Of a stretch of 64,000 bases of DNA, positions 1 through 13,944 are shown in pieces. Made by a program: the position numbers and the translations under genes. Source of the stretch: Podarcis gaigeae. Lineage: Eukaryota. Under the pieces are notes generated by a model. The model searched no databases and had not been told where the DNA came from. It was given only the letters and a program-made list of their open reading frames with translations. The stretch is taken from the NCBI GenBank assembly GCA_964106915.2, contig OZ066914.1. One strand, given 5' to 3'. Positions within the stretch are counted from its first letter, which is position 1. Every line of letters begins with the position of its first letter.

Positions 1-2030
1 AGTGCAGACCACTGTTAACAATGTGTGGGAAGGGGGTTTGGGCTTGAATAAATTGCTTTCCCAGTAATAATCGAAAGAGCCCACCTTTGGAGGAGCATGT
101 TCAAGCATTCACATCTTGATTTTTCCAACTACATTAAGACTTGTTCTTGTAGAAAAAAAATTAGCCTCATGGAGGGGGGGAAGAGCCTGGATCTTCCCAA
201 ATGCTGTGATTTCCCCCTCTGTTTAAAAACTGAGGAATAGCAGAGGTGGTGTTGCTATTTTCAAAAGTACATCCAAGGCACAGTAACAGATTTCCAATTA
301 AGATACATTTCTCTTGCTCACCCATAATCTATTTGTAATGCTTTTTACAATATTTTAATGCACTCTGCCACACTAACTTGTAAATAATAAATACACGCTT
401 CGTATACTTCAGGAAAAAGTCTGCACACAGCCCTCCTTGCAAATAGCAAACAGCCGGCCTGCTAATGAGTTCAGATTCATTTTCATTTTATTGATTGCCA
501 TAAGCTTAGGTAGGTAATGGAAAAGATCCAATATGCAGCTGATATCGCCCCTGACATGGCATGACAATTGCAAACCTGAAAGTGCATTCTTAATAATAAG
601 GGGAAATCTGACAACCTACCGAGCATGTCCTCAAAGCTTATGCGTTTCAAACGCCAGGTTGCCAGAAACAAGTGTGCAACCTTGCGGTGTTCTTGGAGGA
701 AGCAGGGAGCTTTTTAATCCTTAAAAACAGGTGGCAATTATGATTACTCTTCTTCCTGACTGCTAAGATACTGTAGTTAGGAACAAAGGCTGTTTAATGA
801 TATTCGATTCTTGTCTGGAAATAATACAGTTCAATAGGAGGAAGCCTTTACTTACACAGAGTGCACTCCTATTCCCAGTTAACTTTATTATTGGGAGCAG
901 AGTTGTGCTCTTCATTAGCCTCTTTGAAATGACCTTCTGGTGGACATCTCAGATCCATAAAAAAGGGCAGCTTCGTGGTGTGACTGGCATATGCTTGCAG
1001 GCGCCATATTGGGGGAGTGGGGGGAGAATATAACTTGTCTAAAATGCTCTTCCTCAAAATATGCAGTGACAGAAAACTCAGGGGAACTTCCCCCGAAAGA
1101 CAAGTTCCAGTAAAAGCATTGTCGCTTCTTATACAAGGGAATCCTTTTCTAAGGTGTCCCCGATGATTAGCTGAGCCTCAGTATTGCAAATGAGGAAGGG
1201 CTTGACCCTAAGATTCACCATTTCCCATTTCCGGTGTGAGGGCTAAACATAGGCTTTTGAAGAGAAGCGATCCAAAGATTCAGGAGGTTTGAGGAAACTG
1301 CAAAACAGAAAAAGATTGGAGACTAATGAAAGCAACAGCTGGATATGCTGCCTCATGGTCCTGCACAACTTTTGGAAATTGTGGAGAAGAGGGTCACTGC
1401 ACAGTCCTTCCAAGCTGAGATTTCAAGACTATAAGGGAGGCATGCTTCCCAGTGGGAAACCGTGGTCTGAGCTTCAGGTTGGAACATGGTACCCCCAATA
1501 AAACTTAGATTGCTTCAGTAAGAGCTTGTCCATGAAGAATATGATATGATCATAAGCTGGGTTGGCGAACTTTTGACTCTCCAGATATTGCTACCAAGCC
1601 TGGCCAGTGGCAAGGGATGATGGGAGTTGTAGTTTTGTAACATCTGAAGAGCATCTGCTTCAGAGGTTATCTATGCAACTTCTCTCTCTCTCTCATCATT
1701 GAAAGATTAGAATGGGACTATGGAGCCCCAGGCCCACCCAGGGCCAAATGTGGTGATCCAGGTCTCTCTAACTGATCCTTGGATTCTCCCCAGGGCACAC
1801 CCCACAGTGTCCTTACAATACAGTTTGCCTTGGTGGCTGCCCAGTGACCAGCATTGTCCGTACTTTAGTTTCCAAATGTCTGACTGAACAAGAAGGTCTT
1901 AGCCCACTGGAGGAAACATAACAAAGAGGGAGCCAATCCAATCTCTTCAGTGAGGGAATTCCGCAATGTTGGAGCAGCAACAGAAAAGACTCTCTTGTGT
2001 CACTACCAACTGTACTCCTGATGTTGATAG

Positions 2031-2079
<49 letters not shown>
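2031..2079. repeat. (AAT)n microsatellite (tail of an L2-type 3' end)
   Basis: Direct observation; another (AAT)n at about 55908-55968. Confidence 0.95.
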
Positions 2080-2081
<2 letters not shown>

Positions 2082-4223
2082 TTATTTATATCCCGCCCTC
2101 CCCAGCTGAAGCCGGGCTCAGGGCGGCTAACAACAATAAAACAGTACAAAAGACTGAGAGGAAGTGCTCACCTGAGGATCTGAGCACCCGGGCAGGTTGC
2201 ATAGTTACCTTATTCCACACCTTTCATTTTAGTGCAAATGAACTGCAATGCACATGTAATCAGTTATCAATTGTTTGCATACTGAAAGCATCATAAACAA
2301 TAACAGTGAATACCAATTGTATTTTCTGGATTGATTTCTGTTCTAGACATCAAATGAATAAGCAAATACCAGCAATTCCCATTCCCATTTTCATCGGTAT
2401 TCTCCAACATCCCTACCCATAACACCCCCCCCCCCATTAATTCTCCATTAATATCTGCAGATGTGATTCTAGCAAATGTTTCCTCTGGATGGCAAAAACC
2501 ATGTACTGAATTGCAATAACAGTTTGTATCTAGTTTAAGTCATATTAATGAAATCCAAGGGCATGGCTAAGCGAAGTCTGTTAATTTCAATGGGCTGGCT
2601 TTGAGTATAGCTTAGTCATACACAACCTAATGTGAACATCTTTTAAACATCTGTATAAAAATGTTACTCATTTCTTGCCAGCAGCTATTAATCTCTCCCT
2701 CCCCTCCCCTTTTACTATGTTTGGTTTTCATTATTGTCCTGATTCTTTCAGTTTATTTGCTCTGAATTCTTTCTGTTTTATGCAGCCTTCTAGAGTGCTT
2801 TGGTAAATAGGTGTGCCATAAGCTATGAAGCAAATAAAGTGTTTAAATATTATTTTGCTCTTAAATCAGTTGGCTGAATGCAAGATAACATGCCATTTAT
2901 AAGTAAGTATTTAACTTCCAGAGTGTTTCTGCAGATGAGTAGGAGGACTGATTAAACAGTAAACCTAAGGTGGATTTTCAATTTTTCATTCAATCATGCA
3001 TGATTTAAGTAGCTTAATTTCCATGTTGAAGCATGTCTCTGGCTCCTGTCACTTTGAATTATAAATATGTCGGGGTGTCGACTATTAAAAAACACAGTAA
3101 ATATTACTTTGTGAGTGACATGCTAAATGCTTTACTATGCATTTCCATCCATAAGTAAATATGACACTGAGTTTTCATAGGCCACTGATTATTGATGACA
3201 CCGTGCCATCAAAATACATCCAGCAATGTCTTTCACACTTGATACAGTTATGCTAGCATTACATTAGACATCATATTGAGGAACAAACTTGTCTAAATAA
3301 AGACATCGAAAGATGAAGGTTCCAATCCTGAATACAAACCAGTCCAAGTAAAGACGTCAAAACAAAAGAATGAGATGCAAGAAAGAGATCCTTGCCTCTC
3401 CTCCTCTGAAGAGATAATCATTACCGTCTCTTTGGACACCAGCATCCCTCATCTCCAGTACAGTACATAAAATGCACTGATATCTACCAGGGAGCCATGC
3501 AGGAGAAAGGGAAGGTCCAGATGTATAGGGCAAATACGTTTGTTGCCACCATTCTACCTTTTGTATACCCTGAGAGATTGGGGGGGAGGGGGGCTCGTTT
3601 AATCTCACTGTAAACAAGTGGTACAGTGACACTAAAGTATTTCTATTTCTATGTTACTCTTAAAAGGCAATCCCCTGTTGCTCATGCAGCATTTAACAGT
3701 ACTGACTGCATGCCCTCTTCCTTAGCATTTGTTATTCCACACATCCTGTTTATGCTGTATAAACACACACACAAAAACAAAACATTTTGAAAACCAAAGT
3801 TTGGATCGGCAAATTATGGAAATTAATTACAGCAAAACTCTATAAACATTTTTTCCCTCTTGGGGGGACTATTTAATGGACAGTTATGGTCAATGGCGAA
3901 AGTGTTTTTTTGTTTTTGGAATTATTGGTAGATGGCTCGTCCACAAAGTAAGAATTGATCCCCTGATAAATGAAGTTCTTTCATGAGTAGTTTGAAGGAG
4001 GGAGTCATCAGACTGTGGGGCAAGGAACACCCCTTTGCATCTGCTTTGCATAAAGAAGCGCACAGGTTCAATCTATACAGGTGGGGTTGAGGGAGACCCC
4101 TCCTGGAGAGCCACTGCCAGCTGGTATAGACCAGAGATGGGTAATGTGTGTATCTCTCAATCTCTCACCATCCCTCACCTGGGTACATAGGAGCCAGCTC
4201 CTAGGGGTTGAGGTCCCTTTGTC

Positions 4224-4261
<38 letters not shown>

Positions 4262-4269
4262 TTCTGATA

Positions 4270-5350
4270 TATGTCATTATCGGCAAAGCATAAACAGAAA
4301 TAGTACAAAAATAAGGAAAAGGTCTCTGAAATAATATCAAATTTTTTTTGAAATAGCTTAAAAGAATAGAAAACCAAAAAACAAGCTGTGACTGACTTCC
4401 CATCCTCTCCTTCGATCTCTCCCCCCCCACCCCGTTTTCTCGGATCACCCCATCTATCGTATCTCCTTATATGAACTCTAGTTATCTCTTACACTGCTGA
4501 GAGTCTAACCATCCTGCTAGGTTAATTCTCTGCTTATAATACTTTTTCATATATTCAATATTCAGTCTTCCTTATATCTTTTATCATTTTGATTTCTTAT
4601 TCTAGTGGTCATCCCTGTTAGTTCCACATATTCTAACAGTTTAATATGTCATTCTTCCTTTGTTGGTACCTTATTTATTTTCCATTTTTGCACTAATAAC
4701 ACGTGTGGCAGTTATCGCAGATAAGAACAAATTTCTCTCTTTTTTAGTAACTTCTGCTGTTATTAGTCCTAGCAAAAATGCTACTTGATTTTTAGAAAAG
4801 GATTTTAAAAACATTTTTTAAAGTTCATTGTGGATCATTTCCCAATAATTTTCAATAACGCTGCACGACCACCACATGTGGTGAAAAGTTCCCTTTGCTA
4901 CCTTGCATTTCCAGCAGTTGATTTTGACATTTTTGCTAGTCTATTTGGCATCAAATGCCACCTGTGCATCATCTTCACGAAACTTTTCCTTCGCATGTAG
5001 CATGCTGTAAACCTTATATTTACTTTCCACAATTGTTCCCATATAGCAAAATGAATATTCTATCCCACATCTCTAACACAACTTATCATTGATGATTTCA
5101 CCATTTCATCCTTTGTATCCCACTCAAGTAATAAGTTTTAGATAACACATTTTAGATAATATTTTAGCCCTGGATCCTAAAAGCTCCCTTTCAAATTGTG
5201 TGTTTTGTTCTGCAAATCCATGTTTTTTATCTAGCTTAAAAGTTGCATTCAACTGATAATTTAACCAATCTGTCACCTGATCCTTTATCTCTTTCCGTTT
5301 ATATTCCTCCCTGGTGACTGTTAGCCGGTCTCTATATGTACTCCAATTTG
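4270..5350 (-). mobile_element. Decayed L1-clade LINE 3' fragment
   Basis: Minus-strand CWKCKVAKGTFHHMWWSC (4863-4916) is an L1 ORF2 C-terminal zinc knuckle; strongly A-rich sense strand; many stops. Confidence 0.8.
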
Positions 5351-5938
5351 TCTGTATGTTATTTTTTTTCCTTGCAAGGGCTTCTGTTGGAGACAACCAC
5401 ACCTGCATTTTCCTTTCCGGCCCCCACTTGGGGGTGGGGCTGGAGACCCACCTCCCAAGTTGATGGGCATTGTCGTTCAAATGGTGTGCATATGCCACGT
5501 CTTGTGATTGATTATGCAGGGTGGGGCATACCTGCCCCCCCATGTTTTATTCAAGTTGGCACCCCTGACTGGGCATGGTGGAGCTGATGGGAATTGTAGT
5601 CCAACAACCTCTGGGGGTTACAGGTTCCCCAGGATTCAGTGTAAGGCAGCTTCATATTTTCCTCCAACGGAGGGGAGAGAGAGAGAGAGAGAACAATATG
5701 ACTTACTATGAGCTATGGCAGAAGTCCCCTTGATGGTGTAATGCCTCTCTTTGGAGATCCAGTATGGTTGTAACACCTGCTGCTTACCATAACAGCAAGC
5801 ACCTTCAACTCATGAGCTGACATGATGAAGTAGCTATGGGCTCCGGCCAGCAGGCAGGTCCCAGGTATCATATTCTCAGAACCAATGGGACAGCTTACAG
5901 GGAGCTTACAGACTCACCAGAACATTGCTGCTCTAGAG

Positions 5939-6225
5939 CAGGGGTCAGCAACCTTTTTCAGCCGTGGGCCGGTCCACCATCCCTCAGACCATGAACAAAT
6001 TCCTATGCCCCATAAATAACCCAGAGATGCATTTTAAATAAAAGCACACATTCTACTCATGTAAAAACACCAAGCAGGCCCCACAAATAACCCAGAGATG
6101 CATTTTAAATAAAAGCACACATTCTACTCATGTAAAAACACGCTGATTCCAGGACCATCTGCGGGCCGGATTGAGAAGGCGATTGGGCTGCATCCGGCCC
6201 CCAGGCCTTAGGTTGCCTACCCCTG
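5939..6225. mobile_element. hAT-Charlie-like MITE with an internal tandem duplication (71-bp period)
   Basis: Perfect 8-bp TSD ctctagag (5931-5938, 6226-6233); TIRs caggggt.. / ..acccctg; repeat units at 6007-6070 and 6078-6141. Confidence 0.9.
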
Positions 6226-7375
6226 CTCTAGAGGAACCCTCCCCTACACGGACACGCCAACACACATCACCAGACAGCGGCAGGAAGGAAACTGCAGCTA
6301 GTCAGTACAGAGAGAAAAAACAGGTTCTCGTGGAGAGCCAATATGGATCTTGACAGCCTTATAGAATTTCTTCTATTCCTGGCTCCTTAGTCTGAGCATC
6401 TTGTCTGAGAGGAAAGAGGCTCAACTGAGCCCTCCTCCTGCTCACTTGATCTGGAACCTGACCACACATTTGGAAACTTACCTGCCTACTGCAAAACCTA
6501 ACCACTGGCCTGTTGGGGCCACACCCTGCTTGCCTCTGGCCATACTGCCCCATGACAGTGTCCCCCACCCCATGACACTAATGATACCGGTTTGTTATCT
6601 ACAAGCCCAGTGATGTCTATTTTTTAAAAAGAGGTTCACCCAAAGTCCATTTTAGGACTTGGAATAACCACAAACATCGTACTGATATCCTACCATAATA
6701 CTGATTCTCAGCTACTGTGGATACTCGAGGGGTTTGTGTTTTGTGGCAAATACATGCTCAGTTAATCAGAATGAAATAGTTGCTAAGCATGGAATTAAAG
6801 ACATAAAGAAGGAGTCAGGGGGAATTTCTTTTAAAAAGAGATTTCCTAAGTGGAAACAAAACTATTTGTAGGGTACATATTTACACATTTAATATATTTG
6901 GCTGTTGTTTTTTAAAAAAAGATCTTGCAGATGGGTATCAAATTTTAAACGTTAAAATATAGCCCTGGAAAGAAACTGTGGACACATACATAATTCCTAA
7001 GATGATGACAAGCCTGATTATTAGCTTGTCTCTTTAGATGCATTTAGGTAAACATGGCTTTGTAACAGTTAACACTCTATACATTTAATATCACTAATTA
7101 TATTTCCTCTGGCGTTTTGATGGGCTAGAATCTATCTGCTAGATATAGCTTGGATTTTTTTTATTAAAAAAAAACCCACTGTGGTAAGGACAACTGCACA
7201 GCAAGGTTAAGTGCCTCCTTGTCTTCAGTACCAATAATTACCTTTAAACCAAAAAGAAGAAGCTGTTTTCAGATCTGACAGCTAATTTACTAATGAGTAT
7301 GTGCACCCAATTCATAATAAAGTAATATTGACCAAAAAATAATCCAGCATTGGTACTCATTGAAATTATTTTATT

Positions 7376-7515
7376 NNNNNNNNNNNNNNNNNNNNNNNNN
7401 NNNNNNNNNNNNNNNNNNNNNNNNNNNNNNNNNNNNNNNNNNNNNNNNNNNNNNNNNNNNNNNNNNNNNNNNNNNNNNNNNNNNNNNNNNNNNNNNNNNN
7501 NNNNNNNNNNNNNNN
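7376..7515. other. 140-nt N run, possibly hiding an exon (strand ambiguous)
   Basis: Plus strand: ttattttatt|N ... caaacagcttcca|gtaagt. Minus strand: ctgtttg|N ... N|aataaa, compatible with a hidden gt of gtaata. Confidence 0.35.
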
Positions 7516-8883
7516 CAAACAGCTTCCAGTAAGTATCAGCAGATTCCAAATATGTACAGAGAGGGGAGAGAGACCAGAGGAAAAAAAATATTTAATTGCA
7601 GATGACCACATTTTATTAAATAAATATTTTATGATGGCTAGATAAAAAATTCATTATAACTTTCACTTCTAATCACCTGCTCGCTCATACACTAAAAATA
7701 AGCATACATTTGAATTTGTTCTCATCAATAAAAGTATGGTAGCCCCAGTTAGTCTATGCATAAAGATGGCTTGTCATAAAATGGCTTCTGCGGGTTAATT
7801 AACTGCTGTGTGGAAATTAACACTGGAGAATAGCAAGCCATATTGTTTGCAGAGTTTTCTCCTCGGTCTTTGGTAAGGATCTAATGGGCACAAGAGAAGG
7901 GATTCAGGCAGCCTGGCTTTAAGTCACTTGACAGTGTTGTGGGCGAAACAAAGAGGTGATTCTGTGCTCTCTGGATAAATCCCAGTCTCAAATACAAATC
8001 CTGCTTCCTACCTTCAGAAAAGGCGTTCAATGCACTATCTGGAAGCTAAAAACATGTGCAGTTAAAACTATTCAAAAATAGGTCCTGAGCACACTAAAAA
8101 TGCCTTTTAAAAATAATTATATTTAATTCTACCTCCAATATATAGTAGAAGGAAATATTACTTTATTGTTTTGTTTTGTTTTGTTTTGTTTTTAAGAAAG
8201 GAGCAAAACAAAATTTTAAAAAATGAACTCCAATTGTTGTAATTGTGGAGGCTCCCAAAGTATTTCAGAATCCCGGTTTTCCTCTCCACGTGTACAGAGG
8301 GCTCCCTGCTTCTGAAGATTGTTTACAAGGGTTGGAGGGTGGTAGGGGTGGAGCTAGAGTATTCATCTCTTCTGCCCCCCTTCCTCAAAATGTTTAGCTC
8401 CATCTGTACTATACATTTTAAGCACCATTTTCAGCACTTTAAACAGTTGTGCTTTCCTCAAAGAATCCTGGGAGCTTCTGTTTGTTAAGGGTGCGGAGAG
8501 TGGTTAGGAGACCTCCTCAGGGAGGTACAATTCCCAGAGGGGTTTAACAGCCAATCCACCTTCCCAGGGAACTCTGGAAATGGCCAGGGATTGAACCTGA
8601 GCCCTTCTGCATGCAAAGGAGATGCTGTATCACTACAGAGGAGGGCAAAACCCAAGAACATATAAGGTCCTTGGGCCTCCTAATTATGGTTAGGAAATGG
8701 GGTATGTAGGAAGCACCTGTACATGCTTTTTTAAAAAAAGATTTTGCCTGAGGTGAATAAATGTCTGTGGCCACAGCTACAACCGCCACTGATGGTTCAT
8801 TTCTTCTTCTGATGTTTACAATCAGCGGGTAATCTGTCAGCCATTTTGCATTGTTCAGTCTCTCCATTCTCTAGTATTCTGTA

Positions 8884-8978
8884 CAGTGCCGGATTTACAT
8901 ATAAGCGAAAGAAGCTAAAGCTTAGGGCCCCACTCTCTTGGGGCCCCCCAAAAAAAATTAAGGGGAAAAAAACCCCTG

Positions 8979-9028
<50 letters not shown>

Positions 9029-9246
9029 TATTTCAAAATATAAGATAAAAAACAAATAAAATAAAACCTACATGCTGCAACAGTGTTTTGTGTTGTGTAT
9101 CGACCTATTAGGTCCATAAATTACCATATAGAATATATTCAACACAAAAAAGCGACAATTTGTTGTTGACAAAGGACAGCTGGACATATAAAGCGCCCCA
9201 TTACCTTCAGTAGCTTAGGGCCTCATCAAACCTAAATCCAGCCCTG
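8884..9246. mobile_element. hAT (Tip100-like) MITE containing a (TA)n tract
   Basis: Perfect 8-bp TSD attctgta (8876-8883, 9247-9254); TIRs cagtgccggattta / taaatccagccctg; (TA)n at 8982-9022. Confidence 0.88.
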
Positions 9247-10822
9247 ATTCTGTAGCATTCTACTTTCTATCTCTCACTGCATCCTGTCCCTTAAAAAGAA
9301 AAGAAAAGAAAAGCCACCTTTGTATTTTCATTCTAAGTGGAGAGACATAATAAAAAAGGGGGAAAGAGGCACACTTTTAAGCAATTGTTTCTTTTTCCCT
9401 TTTTTTTTAAAAAAAACCAACAACAACCCCACAATGTTCTGAAAAGTTCCACATGACAATGCTATGATGTTGATGCATACAGTTGTTCAGCGGAGACATC
9501 TGATTGACAGGTACACCATTATTTCCACAATCTGGACTGATTGCTACACAGAGTAAATGCTAATCTTTACCTATTCCATTCTGGGTATGTGCTTCCCCCA
9601 CCAGCTCCACCACTACCACCCCATTATTCATTCTTTTTCCCACCAGTGCAGAAATGACCTGTTTGGAGCATCCCCCACTCCATGCTCCTTTGTCAGTGGA
9701 AACCGGGCTGGAATTAAAACACCTGGACAGCTACTCTCTGATGGGGCTCATGGCATGATAGCTGTATTTGTAAATACCCACTAGTACACACTACGGTACA
9801 TGACTCATTAGATGCCAATAAATGAGTCATCTAATTTAGACTAATTGAGCTGTACCAAGAGATTCTGTATGCATATGCAGATAGCTCTGCCTTTTTCCCT
9901 ACCAGAAGTGCTTTGCATGCACAAAAGCTACCCCACAGTATAAACCTACTCTATATTCAGTTTTAATTTAATCACAACTTGGTCTATATGCTCAAGAGAC
10001 GGAAGATTCTCCCTCCCCACTCCACCCCATCAAATAATTGGATGCTAGGTCCTGAAAAATTCCAAGGAGTGAATAGTAAAAATAACACACACACACCCCT
10101 TTGATGCCATAACATATTGTATTGGATTAGCAATCTAGCATATTGTATCTAAAAATATTAACATGGGACCGACAAAAAGGAATCTGGCAAGAATCCCGCC
10201 CCCAACGCAACTTAGATTCTGGCCTGGACATATTGGCATTTTGAGTTTTGCAGAGCAAACTTTAATAAGTTGCTTTTACCAACTGCAGTAAAAAAAGAAG
10301 CAGCAGTGAAGGTTGACCCTCATATTTAATGCGGCAACACAAGGAAACTTGGGAGAAGGGCTCAGGCTTAGAACATCTGTTTTGCATGCAGTACACCCCC
10401 ATGTTCAGTTCTTGGCCTCTCCAAGTTGGGGAGACACCCCTGTTTGAAATCCTGGAAGACAGCTGCCAAAACAGAGCTAGAGTCAGTGCCGGGCAGTTTT
10501 CTGTGGTCCTGTGATAATAATTCCATCTCCGTCACCTAATACTGAAAGTAGGATTCTGGCTTTCTTTCTACACTGGTCACATAAATGACTAGGTTGGGGT
10601 ACCCTTCTTAGACCTGCCCTCTTCTTTCCCCTCCCCTGTTTTCATGAGGAACAATGAATGGGCATTATAGTTCTATCTGGGTCCCAAGAGCATGCATGCA
10701 AGACAGGAAGCCGTGTTGGTCTGCCATAGTCAAAACAAAAAAAATCCTTCCAGTAGCACCTTAAAGACCAACTAAGTTAGTTCTTGGTATGAGCTTTCGT
10801 GTGCATGCACACTCCTTCAGAA

Positions 10823-12223
10823 GTTTGACAGACAATTGCATTTTAATATTTTGTTGGAAGCTGCCCAGAGTGGCTGGGGAAACCCAGCCAGATGGGTGGG
10901 ATATAAATAATAAATTATTATTATAAATTATTATTACTTGCTTGCTTTTTTGTTCACATGTTCTTATCTACTATTTATATCAGTTCCTCACAAACACTCA
11001 TTCACAAGTTAGAAATAGGTTTGCAAGCATTGGACACTAAGTAGAAGGAAGCACGCCCAATTCTGCTCTGGAGAGTTGGGGAAAACACCAGATTTGGGGG
11101 GGGGGGCAATGTGGGGTGGGAGGAGGGAGGCAAGAGCTATTTAGTACTACTTTGAATGCAACCCCTTGCCCAGGACTGGAGCAGGACAGCAAATTATTGG
11201 GCGGTCTCCCTGAACCCTATTCATGGTCACAGCTAGGAAAGCCTAGCTGTGATCACACTGCTTGTGCACCAGAAGGAGAGAGAGAAAAGTCCCACTGAGC
11301 AAGAAGAAGCCATGCCACTTATGCAATTGTTTAGTTGAATACAGCTCAAGATGTTTGCATTTCTGCTTTTGAAAACCACGAGTCATAAAAAAAAATAAAG
11401 TTACATAGTTTTGAAATTGACCTCAATTTCAGTTGTACCTTTTTAAAATTCTTGATAGTGGCTAATAACCAACTAAGTCAGGGTTAGACCCACTGAAATC
11501 AATTACTTAAGTCCATGTATTTTAATGTATTTTTAATCTTTGTTGGAAGCTGCCCAGAGTGGCTGGGGAAACCCACCCAGATGGGTGGGGTAAAATTAAT
11601 AAATTATTGTTAAATTATTATCCATGGGCTTCAGTGGGCGTGCTCCAAGTAACTGGCATTGGATGTCATGCTACAAACACTGGGCAGCGTTGCTAGCTGT
11701 CTTCGGCAACCCGGTGTCCTCCAGATGTTCTGGAATGGAACTCCCATCATCCTTGACCTTTGGCCATGCTGACCGGAGTTGCAGATGAAAACAACTGGAA
11801 GGCACTAGATTGGCAATATCTGGTTAGTAGCATCTGAAGAGCTTGCTAATGTTCAAGTGGCGCCCCACTGAGTTTTATCTGGAACCAATGACATCAAGAT
11901 AGAAAAGGAAAAGGTAACTACTTTAAAGCTAATGAGTGGATATTCATTCTCTGGTTAGTACAGTAGTGGAGGGGAGATGACTCCTTTTTCTCCCACTCTG
12001 GTTTATTGAAGAAAGACTCAAGAAATCTCAAATCATGAATCTCAGCTCGGTGCTTCCTTCTACTTAGTGTCCAATGTCTGCAAACCTATTTCTAACTTGT
12101 GAATGAGTGTTTGTGAGGAACTGATATAAATAGAAGATAAGAACATGTGAACAAATAAGCAAGCAAGTAATAATAATTTGGGCAGCTTCCAACAAAATAT
12201 TAAAATACAATTGTCTGTCAAAC
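10823..12223. repeat. Inverted duplication: arms 10823-11054 and 12050-12223, about 1-kb spacer
   Basis: The reverse complement of 12050-12223 matches 10823-11054 almost base for base apart from a ~60-nt indel; it includes ~130 nt of flank outside the L2 tail. Confidence 0.9.
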
Positions 12224-12510
12224 ATTAAAAGCTTTCCTAAACAGGGCTGCCTTCAGATGTCTTCTAAAAGTCTGGTAGTTGTTGTTCCACAGAGCAGGTG
12301 CCGCTACCGAGAAGGCCATCTGCCTGGTTCCCTGTAACTTGGCTTCTCACAGCGAGGGAACCGCCAGAAGGCCCTTGGCGCTGGATCTCCGTGTCCAGGT
12401 AGAAAGGTGGGGGTGGAGACGCTCCTTCAGGTATACTGGGCCAAGGCCATTCTGAGCTTTAAAGGTCAGCACCAACACTTTGAATTGTGCTCGGAAACGT
12501 ACTGGAAACA
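12178..12510 (-). mobile_element. L2 LINE 3' fragment
   Basis: Peptide VRFRAQFKVLVLTFKAQNGLGPVYLKERL, plus the shared 3' UTR (ttgttggaagctgccc). Confidence 0.85.
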
Positions 12511-12632
12511 TAGACAGGACAAAGTGTAGAAAACCAAGACCATGCAATGCTATCTAGGTCTATTCAGTGGGAGGTAAGTCCCATTGAATTTACTTGCATG
12601 TAAGTCTGTACAAGATTGTAGCCTAAGAGTTA

Positions 12633-13139
12633 GGTCACATCCACACCATTTAAAAGCACTGTTATATCACTTTGACAGCCATGGAGACTCCGGGGAACTG
12701 TAGTTCGTTAAGAGTGCTGAGAATTGTAGTTCCTTGAAGTCATTACCCTTAGCAAACTACAGTTCCCAGTATTCCTTTGGGGATAGCTGTGGCTGTTAAA
12801 GTGGTATATTAAGGCTTTAGATAGATAGATAGATAGATAGATTCTTTATTGTCATTACACAAGTGCAACATTGCACAAGTGCAACGAAATTGGATGCCAT
12901 CCCTTAAAAACAACAAAAGCAACACAACAACAACAACCGAACAAACCACATTCCAGCCACACCCACACCCACACCCATCAAACTCCCAGGTCACACTATC
13001 GAGTTACTGCATTTAAGAAGGCCACAGCTCTTGGATAGAAACTATTTTTCAGTCTATTTGTCCTTGACTTGATGTTTCTGTATCTCCTGCCAGAAGGCAG
13101 TAGTACAAACAGACTTAAAGGTATGGTGCAGGTGTGCCC
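12633..13139. mobile_element. Palindromic (PIF/Harbinger-like) MITE split by the Rex1 insertion
   Basis: Termini ggtcacatccacaccat / atggtgcaggtgtgccc; internal inverted gggaactgtagtt / aactacagttccc. Confidence 0.55.
12820..13113 (-). mobile_element. Rex1/Babar LINE 3' end with (TATC)n tail
   Basis: Translates LFVLLPSGRRYRNIKSRTNRLKNSFYPRAVAFLNAVTR*, a Rex1-type ORF C-terminus; short 3' UTR with aataaa, then a tetranucleotide tail. Confidence 0.8.
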
Positions 13140-13944
13140 TTTGCTAGCAAATAAATAGCAGCCAAATTTAAGTTAAGGTCTACAGATCATTTGGCATGCG
13201 TTGCAGTTACACTGATGAGTGCCTACCTTAAAATGTATCTGTCCTCCCAGTTTAGATTGTTATGGGGGGTACATCTACATCTGTAAAATGCTCTGAGACT
13301 TCCATGTAAAGAAGAGATGCTGGGATTGCCTAAATTCACATACTATCACATTTGAAGGAAGTGAGAATTTCATTCTGTTGAAATCTGTGCCAGAATGAGT
13401 TTCTATAACAGTATGCCTCTTTTTATAAATATGCTCAGCTGCCCAAAGTTTCGTGTCCTTGTGTGCTGTACATCTCTTCATTCCCCCACCCTGTCCTTAT
13501 TTATATGGCTTTTGCACAGTGGCAAACGGTTCAACTGTACTGTACTGTTATACTGAAGAAGTTCAGATTTAGCCTGACCTGCTCAGAATGTGTATATCTA
13601 GGCACCAGTATGCTATGAGACCCTTTGTAAGACTTCTTTGATAATTCCTTGCAAGTCTCCATTAGGAACATGGAAAAGCCACTTCAAGAGTGCACACTTA
13701 CAGCTTACTGTTTACCTATACACTCGTAAGATCAAAACCCCTGGTCTTACTGTTTTTGTTAACAAGGAGCACTAAAAGTCTTCCCACATACTGAGTTTTG
13801 GTTTCCATTTTACAATCCGAGATGACAGACGGCACAAAAAAATGATGAGAAAACTGTGGGGAGGCTTCCAGAAGATTGATTCTCTCATCAGCTGATTCTT
13901 TTCTAGTTAGTCTTTTATTGACTACAAAGGTAGAGCCAATGCAG

